From Candidatus Hydrogenedentota bacterium (GTDB lineage Bacteria > Hydrogenedentota > Hydrogenedentia > Hydrogenedentales > SLHB01), in contig DAIPKA010000004.1 in assembly GCA_036769985.1 (NCBI GenBank), positions 161,096 through 225,095 on the forward strand: a stretch of DNA of 64,000 nucleotides, given 5' to 3'. Below, in pieces: positions 27,641 through 37,928 of this stretch. How positions within the stretch are numbered: the first letter of the stretch is position 1; every line of letters starts with the position of its first letter. The notes below the pieces were generated by a model, which saw only the letters and a list, made by a program, of their open reading frames with translations, did not search any database and was not told the origin of the DNA. The position numbers and the translations under genes are program-made.

Positions 27641-29632
27641 TTACTGATGCGGACGTCCCTTGACCAGCGCTTCGACCACCGACGGATCCGCCAGCGTCGT
27701 CGTATCACCGATCTTGTCCACTTCGTTCTCTGCGATCTTCCGCAGGATGCGCCGCATGATCTTCCCGGAGCGCGTCTTCGGTAACGCCGGCGCGAACTGG
27801 ATCACATCCGGTGTCGCGATCGGGCCAATCTCGGCGCGCACGTGCTTGATCAGCGCCTTGCGCAGGTCATCGCTCTCCTCGACACCCGCCACGAGCGTCA
27901 CAAACGCATATAGCCCCTGCCCCTTGATCTCGTGCGGCATGGGCGCCACGGCCGCTTCGGCCACCTTGTCGTGACTCACCAGGGCGCTCTCGACTTCGGC
28001 CGTGCCGATACGATGACCGGACACGTTCACCACGTCGTCGATACGGCCCATCAGCCAGAAGTCCCCGTCCACGTCTTTACGGCAACCATCACCCGTGAAG
28101 TACAGGTCGTTGTACATCGTGAAGTACGTCTCAACGAACCGGTCGTGGTCGCCCCACATGGTCCGCATCATGCCCGGCCACGGCTTCTTTATGCAGAGCT
28201 TCCCGCCCTCGTTCGCATCGCACTCACTGCCGTCGTCACGCAGGATGACCGGCTCGACACCGAAGAACGGACGGGACGCGCTGCCCGGTTTCAGCGTATG
28301 CGCCCCCGGCAACGGCGTGATCAGCACGCCGCCGGTCTCGGTCTGCCACCACGTGTCCACAATCGGGCACCGCTTCTTGCCAATGTGCTCGAAATACCAC
28401 ATCCAGACTTCGGGATTGATCGGCTCGCCAACCGTACCGAGAATCCGAAGCGAGCTCAGGTCGTACTTCTCGGGCCACTCGGGGCCCTTCACAATCAGCG
28501 AACGGATCGCCGTCGGCGCCGTGTAGAACACCGTCACCTTATACTTCTCGCACACCTGCCAGAACCGGCCCGAATCCGGATACGTCGGCACCCCCTCGAA
28601 CATAAGCGAGGTCGCCCCATTCGCCAGCGGACCGTACGTGATGTAGCTGTGACCCGTGATCCATCCGATGTCCGCCGTGCACCAGTAAATGTCATCCTCG
28701 TGAATGTCGAAGATGTACTTGTGCGTCAGCATCGTGTGGATCAAGTAACCCGCCTGCGTGTGAACCACGCCCTTGGGCTTGCCGGTCGAACCCGACGTAT
28801 ACAGAATGAAAAGAGGATCCTCCGCATTCATCGGCTCCGGCGCGCACACATCGCTCGCCTCCGCCATGACGTCGTGATACCACAGGTCGCGCCCCTCGAC
28901 CATGTTCGTCTCCTGCTTCACGCGCTCATACACCACCACGTGCTCGATCGACGGCGTGCCCTTGAGCGCCTCATCCGAGATACCCTTCAGAGGAATGTGC
29001 TTGCCCGAACGCAACGACGTGTTGGACGTGACCAGGACTCTGCAGTTCGAATCGTTGATGCGATCCCGGAGCGAATCCGCGCTGAACCCACCGAACACGA
29101 TCGAGTGGATCGCCCCAATGCGCGCGCACGCCAGCATCACGACCGGCAGCTCCACCACCATCGGCATGTAGATGCACACACGGTCGCCCTTGCTCACGCC
29201 CAACGACTTCAGGACGTTCGCAAACTTGCACACTTCCTTGAAAAGCTCTTCGTACGTGAGCTTGACCGCATCCTCTTCCGGCTCGCCCTGCCAGATCAGC
29301 GCGGCTTTCTTCGCCGTCGGCGTGTTCATGTGTCGATCAAGGCAGTTGTACGTCACATTCAGCACCCCATCCTCAAACCACGAGTGCTTGACCGTACGCC
29401 CCTTCGTGTCCCACACGAACTCGCGCGCCTTCGTCGGCTTCTTGAACCAGTCGATCTTCTCGGCCATCTCCAGCCAGAACCCCTCGGGGTCATTCACCGA
29501 CCGCTCATACATCTCCGCGTACTGAGCGAAGGACTTGATGTGAGCCTTCGCCGCGAAGTCCGCGGGAGGCGGGAAGGTCCGCCCTTCGGTCATAAGCGAG
29601 GCCATGCCCTTTTGTTGACCTTCATTACCCAT
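27641..29632 (-). CDS. acs: Acetyl-CoA synthetase (AMP-forming).
   Basis: Full-length match to the Acs architecture, including the AMP-binding motif YTSGSTGKPKGV. A GAGGAGG RBS 9 nt upstream. Confidence 0.95.
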   Translation of the reverse strand: MGNEGQQKGMASLMTEGRTFPPPADFAAKAHIKSFAQYAEMYERSVNDPEGFWLEMAEKIDWFKKPTKAREFVWDTKGRTVKHSWFEDGVLNVTYNCLDRHMNTPTAKKAALIWQGEPEEDAVKLTYEELFKEVCKFANVLKSLGVSKGDRVCIYMPMVVELPVVMLACARIGAIHSIVFGGFSADSLRDRINDSNCRVLVTSNTSLRSGKHIPLKGISDEALKGTPSIEHVVVYERVKQETNMVEGRDLWYHDVMAEASDVCAPEPMNAEDPLFILYTSGSTGKPKGVVHTQAGYLIHTMLTHKYIFDIHEDDIYWCTADIGWITGHSYITYGPLANGATSLMFEGVPTYPDSGRFWQVCEKYKVTVFYTAPTAIRSLIVKGPEWPEKYDLSSLRILGTVGEPINPEVWMWYFEHIGKKRCPIVDTWWQTETGGVLITPLPGAHTLKPGSASRPFFGVEPVILRDDGSECDANEGGKLCIKKPWPGMMRTMWGDHDRFVETYFTMYNDLYFTGDGCRKDVDGDFWLMGRIDDVVNVSGHRIGTAEVESALVSHDKVAEAAVAPMPHEIKGQGLYAFVTLVAGVEESDDLRKALIKHVRAEIGPIATPDVIQFAPALPKTRSGKIMRRILRKIAENEVDKIGDTTTLADPSVVEALVKGRPHQ

Positions 29633-29799
29633 TCTCTGACAACCTCCTCTGCACTATGAGTTGTGACCCTCGGGTTCGCATGGACATCGCCCGCGCCGCC
29701 CACAAACAGACTTCCAACTGTTCACACACGGACGGACACGTCATACCCGGTGGAACCCACCTCCTATAATGTCGCCAATAACACTGGATGTGCCAGGGC

Positions 29800-30060
29800 T
29801 TGGCACAACAAACAACGACTATATCACAGTTTTATGAGTTGATTCAATGCGCACGCCCCAATAAGCCGCAGAATTCATAGGATTATGGTTTCTGAAAAAA
29901 GACCGAAATCCGATTTTTCGCAGTAGAGAACCTAAATACTGTCGCTCCAATAAGATCAGCAAACGCACATATGCCGCTCCATGCTCTCGGCATCGGGGTT
30001 TTCACACTCACTTATATTTAGTTTAAGTATAAAAAATTCTCACCACACCCCTGCTCCGAT
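29800..30060. other. AT-rich intergenic island within the 750-bp acs/fhs divergent region; contains three CCAATAA motifs.
   Basis: The local base composition is visibly AT-rich against a GC-rich background. CCAATAA occurs at about 29775, 29848 and 29946. No ORF is present. Confidence 0.6.
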
Positions 30061-30115
30061 CATCCGCATCCATCCCGTCTTCCGCTCCCCACGAACCGCC
30101 TACCCGAAACGGCAT

Positions 30116-30145
30116 TTGAACAGAACCCGTCCTGCCTTGTAGAAT
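30116..30145 (+). promoter_or_regulatory. Candidate sigma70-like promoter for fhs (TTGAAC-N18-TAGAAT).
   Basis: TTGAAC at 30116-30121 and TAGAAT at 30140-30145. This leaves a leader of about 235 nt before the fhs ATG. Confidence 0.3.
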
Positions 30146-30381
30146 GGAGCCAGTACCTTGCGGGCAGCGCGCGACACGGCCGAGACCCGTCCGGGCACCG
30201 TTCTGGACCTCCGCTACGCGTATCCCACGGCTCGATGGGCATGTTCGGCGGTATCCGCCTGCAACGCTTCCAGTTTTGGCTTGGGCTCATCGTCTCGATG
30301 AATCTCAACGTGGGCCCAAGCCCAAGGGGACACGAGTTTCGGCCTCGTTCGGCCGGCATGCCGCCAGAGGGAGACCCGAGA

Positions 30382-32148
30382 ATGCCTGACCTAGATCCCA
30401 CCCACCTCAAAGACTGGCAGATTGCGGAGGCCGCCGAAAGCGGCATGAAAACCGTGTCCCAACTGGGTTCCGAACTGGGCCTTCGGGAAGAGGAGTTGCT
30501 GCCCTACGGCCGCTACATCGGCAAGGTCGACTTCGCCGCGATTCTGCGTCGGCTGAATGATCGGCCGAACGGGAAGTACATCGATGTCACCGCGATCACA
30601 CCCACACCGCTGGGGGAAGGCAAGTCGACAACGGTCATCGGTTTGGTTCAAGGCCTGGGCCGGTTGGGGAAACGCGTGCTCGGCGCGATCCGCCAGCCGT
30701 CGGGCGGCCCCATGTTTAACATCAAGGGATCCGCGGCGGGCGGCGGACTCAGCCAGGTCCTGCCCCTCACCGAGTTCAGTCTTGGGCTCACGGGCGATAT
30801 CGACGCGATCACGAACGCGCACAACCTCGCCATGGTCGCGCTCACCAGCCGGATGCAGCACGAATTCAACTACGCCGACGCCGTGCTCGATCGCAAGGGT
30901 CTGCGCCGTCTGGACATCGACCCCAGAAACGTAGCGGTGGGGTGGGCCATGGATCTGTGCGCTCAGGCCCTTCGCGAAGTCATCCTCGGCATCGGAAGCA
31001 AAATGGACGGCTTCCTGATGCAGTCGGGATTCCAGATCACGGTGTCCTCAGAGCTGATGGCCATCCTCGCCGTAGCCACCAACCTCGCCGATCTCCGCGA
31101 GCGCATCGGCCGTATGGTCGTCGCCTACGACAAGGTCGGAACCCCCGTCACCACGGCCGACCTCGAGGTGGATGGCGCGATGACAGCCCTCATGAGCCGC
31201 ACCATCAACCCCAACATCGTGCAGACGATTGAGGGCCAGGTCATGCTCGTGCACGCGGGGCCGTTCGCCAACATCGCGATAGGCCAGTCCTCCGTCATCG
31301 CAGACCGCGTCGGGCTGAAGCTAGGCGAGTACCACGTTACCGAGAGCGGATTCGGCGCCGACATCGGTTTCGAGAAGTTCTGGAACCTGAAGTGCCGGTA
31401 TAGCGGCCTTCGACCCGACTGTGCCGTTATCGTTGCCACGATTCGTGCCCTCAAAATGCACGGCGGCGGCCCGGAAGTGGCCCCCGGACGCCCCCTGAAC
31501 GAGGCCTACACCGAAGAGAACCTCCCCTTGCTCGAAAGCGGAATCGAGAACCTGCTCGCCCACATCGACATCGTACGCCAGAGCGGCACCACGCCCGTCG
31601 TGTGCATCAACCACTTCAGCACCGATACCGACGCGGAAGTCGCCCTGGTGCGGCGCGTCGCCGAGGAAGCCGGCGTGCGGGCGGCCGTGTCCAGGCATTG
31701 GCAGGCCGGTGGCGAGGGCGCCCGTGAACTGGCCGAGGCCGTGGTGGACGCGTGCAACGAACCCTCGAGCTTCCGCTTCTTGTACGACCCGGACCTGGCC
31801 CTTCGCGAGAAGGTTGCGCGTATCGCAGAACGCATCTACGGCGCCGACGCTGTGCTCTACCTGCCCCGCAGCGAAGTCGATCTCGCCCAAATCGAAGACG
31901 ATACCAGCCTGGCCGACTTTGGCGTGTGCATGGCAAAGACACACCTGAGCCTCTCGCACGATCCCTCGTTGAAGGGCAGGCCCGAGGGATGGCGGCTGCC
32001 GATTCGCGAGATGCTCGTCTATCGAGGCGCGGGGTTCATCGTCCCCGTGGCTGGCGACATCAAGCTGATGCCCGGAACCGCAAGCGACGCCGCGTTCCGG
32101 CGTATCGACGTGGACACCGAGAGCGGCCGCGTAACGGGCCTGTTCTGA
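30382..32148 (+). CDS. fhs: Formate--tetrahydrofolate ligase.
   Basis: P-loop [15 protein letters not shown] and full-length Fhs similarity. A GAGGGAG RBS precedes the ATG at 30382; the track ORF begins at 30235. Confidence 0.93.
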   Translation: MPDLDPTHLKDWQIAEAAESGMKTVSQLGSELGLREEELLPYGRYIGKVDFAAILRRLNDRPNGKYIDVTAITPTPLGEGKSTTVIGLVQGLGRLGKRVLGAIRQPSGGPMFNIKGSAAGGGLSQVLPLTEFSLGLTGDIDAITNAHNLAMVALTSRMQHEFNYADAVLDRKGLRRLDIDPRNVAVGWAMDLCAQALREVILGIGSKMDGFLMQSGFQITVSSELMAILAVATNLADLRERIGRMVVAYDKVGTPVTTADLEVDGAMTALMSRTINPNIVQTIEGQVMLVHAGPFANIAIGQSSVIADRVGLKLGEYHVTESGFGADIGFEKFWNLKCRYSGLRPDCAVIVATIRALKMHGGGPEVAPGRPLNEAYTEENLPLLESGIENLLAHIDIVRQSGTTPVVCINHFSTDTDAEVALVRRVAEEAGVRAAVSRHWQAGGEGARELAEAVVDACNEPSSFRFLYDPDLALREKVARIAERIYGADAVLYLPRSEVDLAQIEDDTSLADFGVCMAKTHLSLSHDPSLKGRPEGWRLPIREMLVYRGAGFIVPVAGDIKLMPGTASDAAFRRIDVDTESGRVTGLF

Positions 32149-32166
32149 CCATCCTGGATCGCAAAC

Positions 32167-32207
32167 GGGCCGCCGCGTCCACCCGAACGCGGCGGCCCGT
32201 CTTTCAT
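32167..32207. terminator. Bidirectional rho-independent-type terminator between fhs and the convergent CoAT::GNAT gene.
   Basis: GGGCCGCCGCGT-ccacccga-ACGCGGCGGCCC is a perfect 12-bp GC stem. It is followed by GTCTTTC. Confidence 0.6.
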
Positions 32208-32223
32208 GCGGCAATCTCGCTCG

Positions 32224-34104
32224 CTACTCGAGGCTCAACTGGTACGTAAACACGTCGCCTTCCAGCTCGCTCTTGACCTGGAGCCCGCTGTTGTTGAACA
32301 CCTCCTGCATGGCCTTGTTCTCGCGTAGCACCTCCGCCGTGAATCCGGCGATGCCTTGGCGGCGCGCGATGTCCGCAAGGTGCTTCAGCAGGAACGAGCC
32401 GATACGTCGGCTCTGCCACTCGTCAGCCACCACAAAGGCCACTTCGGCGCGGTTCGTGTGAGGATTGAGGTAGTACCCCCCGATGGCAATGATGTCATCG
32501 CCGTCGGCGGCGGGAATGGTCGCCACAATGGACACCTCGTTGCGGTGGTCAATGTAAACGAATTCCTGGACCTGTTTGCGCGGGATGATCCGCATGCGGC
32601 TCATGAATCGGGTATAGATCGATTCGGCCGAGAGCGAATACAGCATCTCGCGCACGCGCGGTTCGTCCGTGGGGTGCACCGGGCGGATGGTAAGTTGCGT
32701 ACCATCATCCAAGAGGAACGACGTGCGCCCGCTCTTGGGACCTACGACGATCTTCTCGCCGAATCCGGCCAGTTCGGCCCGCACATACTTCGTCTCGATG
32801 GCGTCCTTCATGAGCTGGGCACGGAACTTCGGATGGGCGATACTGATCAGCGCAAGAGCGCGTTCCTGCACGCTCTTGCCGTGCAAGTAGGCCACCCCAT
32901 ACTCGGTCACGACGTAGTGCACATCGCCGCGCGTCGTGACCACGCCGGCCCCCGGACTCAGCCGGCACACAATGCGCGAGACCTCGCCGTCGCGCGCCGT
33001 CGACGGCATGGCGATGATCGCCTTGCCGCCTTGAGAGCGCGCGGCGCCCCGATTGAAATCGACTTGGCCGCCGATGCCCGAATAGAACCGCTCGCCGAGC
33101 GAATCCGCGCACACCTGGCCCGTGAGATCCACCTCGAGCGCAACGTTGATCGCCACCATCTTGTGCTGCTGCGCAATGACAAAAGGATCGTTCACGTACT
33201 CGGTAGGATTGAACGAGAATGTCGAGTTGTTGTCGATGTAGTCGTAGAGCCGGCGCGTGCCCACGGCGAAACTGGCCACCACCTTGCCGCGATCGCGCGA
33301 TTTCAGGCGGCCGTTGATCACGCCCGCCTCGATCATGTCGATGATGGCATCCGTGAACATCTCCGTGTGGATGCCGAGGTCCTTCTTATCCTTCAGCGAG
33401 GCCAGCACCGACTGCGGAATTTCGCCGATACCGAGCTCGATCGTCGAACCGTCTTCCACCAGCGAGGCCACGTACTCGCCGATCTCACGCGTCACCTCGG
33501 TGAGCTCGGGCGGCGGCACTTCGAGGATCGGCGCGTCCACCGGCACTAGGAAATCGAGGTCGTACACGTGAAGCATGCTGTCGCCCAAGGTCCGCGGCAT
33601 TTGCGGATTGACCTGGGCGATCACCAACCGGGCGTTCGCGGCTGCGCTCTTCACAATATCGACGGCGACACCCAGGCTGCACATGCCGTTCTCGTCCGGC
33701 GGCGTGACCTGAATCAGCGCCACGTCCAACGAGATCTGCCCCGTGCTGATCAGCCGAGGGATATCCGACAAGAACACCGGCGTGTAGTCGCCCAGCCCTT
33801 CCTGAATGATGTCGCGGACGGCCTCGCCGATGAAAAAGCTGTTGACCGAAAACCGCGCTACCAGTTCCGCCTCAGCGTACGGCGCCTCGCCCAACGTCAG
33901 CAGATCCACAATCTCGGTGTCTGCCAGCGAGTCGGATCGCGCCACCAACGCCCGCACCAGTTCTTGCGGCTGGGCACAGCCCGTCGCGATGAAGATGCGC
34001 TGGCCCGGTTGGATATGCGCCACGGCGTCCTCCGCCGTGCTCACCATTTCCTGATATTCATTCTGCCAATTCGGATCGTAAGAGATACTCGTTTCGTTCT
34101 TCAT
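32224..34104 (-). CDS. Acetyl-CoA hydrolase/transferase family domain fused to a C-terminal GNAT acetyltransferase (paralog 2).
   Basis: It is collinear with 24170-26086: QPGQRIFIATGCAQPQ, DVALIQVTPPDENGMCSLG, and a GNAT C-terminus (WQSRRIGSFLLKHLADIA). Confidence 0.88.
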   Translation of the reverse strand: MKNETSISYDPNWQNEYQEMVSTAEDAVAHIQPGQRIFIATGCAQPQELVRALVARSDSLADTEIVDLLTLGEAPYAEAELVARFSVNSFFIGEAVRDIIQEGLGDYTPVFLSDIPRLISTGQISLDVALIQVTPPDENGMCSLGVAVDIVKSAAANARLVIAQVNPQMPRTLGDSMLHVYDLDFLVPVDAPILEVPPPELTEVTREIGEYVASLVEDGSTIELGIGEIPQSVLASLKDKKDLGIHTEMFTDAIIDMIEAGVINGRLKSRDRGKVVASFAVGTRRLYDYIDNNSTFSFNPTEYVNDPFVIAQQHKMVAINVALEVDLTGQVCADSLGERFYSGIGGQVDFNRGAARSQGGKAIIAMPSTARDGEVSRIVCRLSPGAGVVTTRGDVHYVVTEYGVAYLHGKSVQERALALISIAHPKFRAQLMKDAIETKYVRAELAGFGEKIVVGPKSGRTSFLLDDGTQLTIRPVHPTDEPRVREMLYSLSAESIYTRFMSRMRIIPRKQVQEFVYIDHRNEVSIVATIPAADGDDIIAIGGYYLNPHTNRAEVAFVVADEWQSRRIGSFLLKHLADIARRQGIAGFTAEVLRENKAMQEVFNNSGLQVKSELEGDVFTYQLSLE

Positions 34105-34108
34105 AGTG

Positions 34109-36205
34109 CTACTCGACTCCGGAAATCGTCATGCGCGCATCGGCCACCACCGGCGGGGTGCCCACTTCGCCCACGATGAAAGGATTGATGTCCATCTCGA
34201 CCACCTGCGGGAAATCCGTTACCAACTGACTGATTCGCTGCAGGGCCCCGGCAATCGCCGCCAAGTCTACCGGCGCCTGACCGCGCGCACCCTTCAAGAG
34301 TGCGAACGAACGCGTGCTCGCGAGCATCTGCATGGCCTCGGCGTGCGTCAAGGGAGCCAGGTAGAAACTTACATCTTTCATCACCTCGACAAAAACGCCG
34401 CCCAGCCCAAACATCAGCATCGGGCCGAATTGGGCGTCCCGGTGCATCCCGAGGATGACCTCGCGACCGGGACTACCCATCTTCTCAACATAGACGCCGC
34501 GCAACTGCGCTTCCGGCGCTCGCCGCCCAATCCGAAGCATCATCAGGTCAAAGGCATCGCGCACCTTGGACGCCGTCGACAGACCCAGCCGAACACCGCC
34601 GAAATCCGACTTGTGGATGATGTCCGGAGATACGATCTTCATCGCCACCGGATAGCCCACGCGATCCGCCACCGCCACGGCCTCCTCGGCCGTCCGGGCA
34701 AGCTGGCCGGGCAACACGTGGAAGTCGTAAGCCCGCAGGATCTCTTTGCCCTCGACCTCGCCCACCTCCTTGCGACCAGTGCGCTTCTGCCGCGCCAGGA
34801 TGCGCTCGACGCGCCGGCGGTTGACCGGGAACCGGACCACCACGCGCGGCGGCCGGTTGCGCCAAGCCGCGCAGTCCACCATCGCTTTGAAGGCCGTCGC
34901 CGCCCGTTCCGGTGAGGGGTAATCGGGCACGTTGGCGGCCACAAAAACGGAACGGGCGGCCATCACGTCCTGGCCGCCCATGAAAGAAACAAGCACCGGC
35001 TTCGTGCCGCGACTCGCCTTAATGATCGCCTCGGCCGTGGCCGTCGGATTCGACATGGCCTGCGGCGTGAGCAGTACGAGAATCCCGTCAACGGTGTCAT
35101 CATCCTGGGCCGCATCCAGCGCCAGAACGTACCGCGCCGGATCCGCGTCGCCCAACACGTCGATGGGATTGCCTACGCTGGCCGCGCTCGGAAGCTTCGC
35201 CTTAAGCGCCTCGGCAATGGCCGCCTGCAACGGCTTGACCTTGAGCCCCAGGTTCTCAGCGGCATCGGCCGCCATGATTCCCGGCCCGCCGGCGTTCGTG
35301 ATGATGGCCACTTGATCGCCTTTCGGCAGCGGCTGCATCGCCAACGCCGTCGCGTAGTCGAACAGGGCCTCGAAGTTCTCCGCGCGGATGATCCCGGCGC
35401 GCTTGAACGCCGCGCCGTACGCAATGTCCGCGCCCGCAAGACTACCCGTGTGCGACGAAGCCGCCTTCGTGCCCGCCTGGGTCGTCCCGGCCTTCAAAAT
35501 CACCACCGGCTTCTTCGTGGCCACCGTCTCGGCCACGCGGATAAACTCGTCGCCCTCGGTGATGCTCTCCAGATAACAGGCAATCACCTTCGTCTGGTCG
35601 TCGTCTGCCAGTTCGGCCAGCAGGTCCGTCTCACACAGGTCAGCCTTGTTCCCGATGCTGAGCAACTTGGCCAAGCCAACGCCCCGTCCAATGGACCAGT
35701 CGAGAATGGCCGTGCACAAGGCGCCCGACTGCGAAATCACCGAAATGGCGCCGGGCGTAGGCATCTGCACCGCAAACGACGCATTCATGTCATTCTCGGT
35801 GTTCAGAAGCCCCAGGCAATTCGGACCGAGCATTCGCACTCCCCGCTCACGGCAGTACTGCGCGATCTCCCGCTCCATCGCGGCGCCCTCTTTACCGACC
35901 TCCTTGAAGCCGGCCGTGATCACCGTGATGGCCTTGGCCCCCGCGCGGATCGAGTCCTTGACCGCCTCCAGCACGTACTTCGAAGGCACCACCACCACAC
36001 TCATGTCAATCTTGGTCTTGAGGGTCTTGAGATCATTGCAGCATTCCAGGCCCAGGATCTCATCCCCACTCGGGTTCACCGGGATGATGGCCCCTTTGAA
36101 CCCGGACTTGATCAGATTCGAGAGTACCTCGTATCCGACCTTGCCCGGCGTTCGAGACGCTCCCACCACGGCGACTGTCTTCGGATTCAACAACGCTTCC
36201 AACAT
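34109..36205 (-). CDS. Acetyl-CoA synthetase (ADP-forming), fused alpha/beta (CoA-binding + succinyl-CoA-synthetase-like + ATP-grasp).
   Basis: The N-terminal CoA-binding domain KTVAVVGASRTPGKVGYEV, the histidine-loop region SHTGSLAG and a C-terminal ATP-grasp domain are all present. 698 aa. Confidence 0.9.
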   Translation of the reverse strand: MLEALLNPKTVAVVGASRTPGKVGYEVLSNLIKSGFKGAIIPVNPSGDEILGLECCNDLKTLKTKIDMSVVVVPSKYVLEAVKDSIRAGAKAITVITAGFKEVGKEGAAMEREIAQYCRERGVRMLGPNCLGLLNTENDMNASFAVQMPTPGAISVISQSGALCTAILDWSIGRGVGLAKLLSIGNKADLCETDLLAELADDDQTKVIACYLESITEGDEFIRVAETVATKKPVVILKAGTTQAGTKAASSHTGSLAGADIAYGAAFKRAGIIRAENFEALFDYATALAMQPLPKGDQVAIITNAGGPGIMAADAAENLGLKVKPLQAAIAEALKAKLPSAASVGNPIDVLGDADPARYVLALDAAQDDDTVDGILVLLTPQAMSNPTATAEAIIKASRGTKPVLVSFMGGQDVMAARSVFVAANVPDYPSPERAATAFKAMVDCAAWRNRPPRVVVRFPVNRRRVERILARQKRTGRKEVGEVEGKEILRAYDFHVLPGQLARTAEEAVAVADRVGYPVAMKIVSPDIIHKSDFGGVRLGLSTASKVRDAFDLMMLRIGRRAPEAQLRGVYVEKMGSPGREVILGMHRDAQFGPMLMFGLGGVFVEVMKDVSFYLAPLTHAEAMQMLASTRSFALLKGARGQAPVDLAAIAGALQRISQLVTDFPQVVEMDINPFIVGEVGTPPVVADARMTISGVE

Positions 36206-36654
36206 ATAACCTTATCCACTTGGTTGGCGCGCCGCAGGAATGCAACGCGCATGCCCCATAAAAGAAACAATGAGCAACCTTCATGGTATACCATTTCGAG
36301 GTCGTGGGATTCCAGCATTTCATTGAAGTTTTATATTTTATCTGTATGCACATTATGCTGATTAATCGAATCCCGAAACGCGTGACTGCCGGCCGCGCAA
36401 TCGCCCAGAGCCCGGCCGTCACACCTCATCCCCATCGCCCAGGAACGCTCCTCCACGATCAAACAGACCCTTCGCGTCTTCAGTGCGCAAGACTTCGCGC
36501 GTTGCTATCCCGTTCGTGCAAACACGCGGCGTGAACCACCAAATTCCATCGCGTGCGAGACCGCCGCGCGGGATCCGAGTCCGACCTTGCACGCATGATG
36601 CCGGGAGTGGCATGCTGCCCGGGGACAAGGTGTGTTGCGGAGGATCCAGGCGCG

Positions 36655-36933
36655 GTGTGGTCCGTCATCGACAAGGCGATTCTGGCCGGTCTCGGCATCG
36701 AGGTCGCCGCGTTTGTTGCGTTGCTGGCCTTGGTCCATTGGCGCAAGCGCTTCGGCAAGGTGGCGATCATCGCCCTGGGTCTGGCCATGGTGGCAACGTT
36801 GGCACCGGTGGCACAACGCAGTGACGCCCATGGGTGTCTCCACACCGTCGACGCCTTCGCCCGAGACTACGTCGAGCCGACCCATGCGGGCGCGCCCGGA
36901 CAACCCAGCGAGGACAGCAATGTCGACGGATAA
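36655..36933 (+). CDS. Possible small two-TM membrane protein (GTG start).
   Basis: A GGAGGA RBS lies 10 nt before the GTG. Two hydrophobic helices (ILAGLGIEVAAFVALLALV and VAIIALGLAMVATLAPVA). It overlaps the pdxA start by 14 nt. The start is uncertain; the track ORF begins at 36553. Confidence 0.25.
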   Translation: MWSVIDKAILAGLGIEVAAFVALLALVHWRKRFGKVAIIALGLAMVATLAPVAQRSDAHGCLHTVDAFARDYVEPTHAGAPGQPSEDSNVDG

Positions 36934-37921
36934 GCCGGTTCTCGCGATCACAATGGGCGACGTCAACGGCGTCGGTCCGGAAATACTCGCCAAGGCCCTC
37001 GCCCAAGCCGAAATCCAAGAGCTGTGCCGGCCCGTGGTCGTCGGCTCGGCCGAGATCCTCGAAGCGGCCCGCCGTTTTGCGCCAGCATGTCCCGAGCCCG
37101 TCGAGGTCGACGCGCCCGGGGACCCTGTCGAGCCGGGCGCCGTTGCCGTCCTCCGTACGCCTTTCGCGGGGCCGGCGGTCAGGCCGGGCACGTTGGATGC
37201 CGAGGCCGGCCGTTGCGCCGTCGAGTGGGTCAAGGCGGCCGTGCGCCTATGTATCGACGGCGCGCTCGACGGCATCGTCACATGTCCGTTGAACAAGGAA
37301 GGCATCCACCGGGCGGGCTATGCTTACGCGGGGCACACGGAACTCATCGCCGAGATGACCGGCGCGCGCGACTACCGCATGTGTCTGTTCACGCCGAGCA
37401 TGCGCGTCGTGCATATCACAACGCACTTGGCCTTGCGCGACGCCATCGAGGCCGTCCGCGCGGATCGCATCGCGACGTCCATCCGGATCGGGCACGACGC
37501 CCTTGTTCGGCTCGGCCTACCGTACCGGCGTATTGCCGTGGCCGCGCTAAACCCGCATGCCGGCGAGGCGGGCGCCTTCGGCGACGAGGAGGCGCTCGAG
37601 ATCCGGCCTGCTATCGAGGCGTGTCGTGCCGAAGACATCGCGTGTTCCGGGCCGTATCCGGCGGATACCATCTTCGCCCGGATGCGCGCCGGAGAGTTCG
37701 AGATGGTGATCGCCATGTACCACGACCAAGGCCATGCGCCCATGAAGCTCATCGCCATGGACGAAGGCGTCAACGTGACGCTGGGCTTGCCGATTATCCG
37801 CACGTCGGTCGACCACGGCACGGCCTACGACATCGCATGGACGGGCCGCGCGCGGTGCGAGAGTCTGTGTCACGCGATACGGCTGGCGGCGGAGTTCGCG
37901 GGTGGGAAAGGGACCTCATAA
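36920..37921 (+). CDS. pdxA: 4-hydroxythreonine-4-phosphate dehydrogenase.
   Basis: PVLAITMGDVNGVGPEI..., NPHAGE and HDQGHAPMK match PdxA across its length. A GAGGA RBS. Confidence 0.9.
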   Translation: MSTDKPVLAITMGDVNGVGPEILAKALAQAEIQELCRPVVVGSAEILEAARRFAPACPEPVEVDAPGDPVEPGAVAVLRTPFAGPAVRPGTLDAEAGRCAVEWVKAAVRLCIDGALDGIVTCPLNKEGIHRAGYAYAGHTELIAEMTGARDYRMCLFTPSMRVVHITTHLALRDAIEAVRADRIATSIRIGHDALVRLGLPYRRIAVAALNPHAGEAGAFGDEEALEIRPAIEACRAEDIACSGPYPADTIFARMRAGEFEMVIAMYHDQGHAPMKLIAMDEGVNVTLGLPIIRTSVDHGTAYDIAWTGRARCESLCHAIRLAAEFAGGKGTS

Positions 37922-37928
37922 AACCTAT

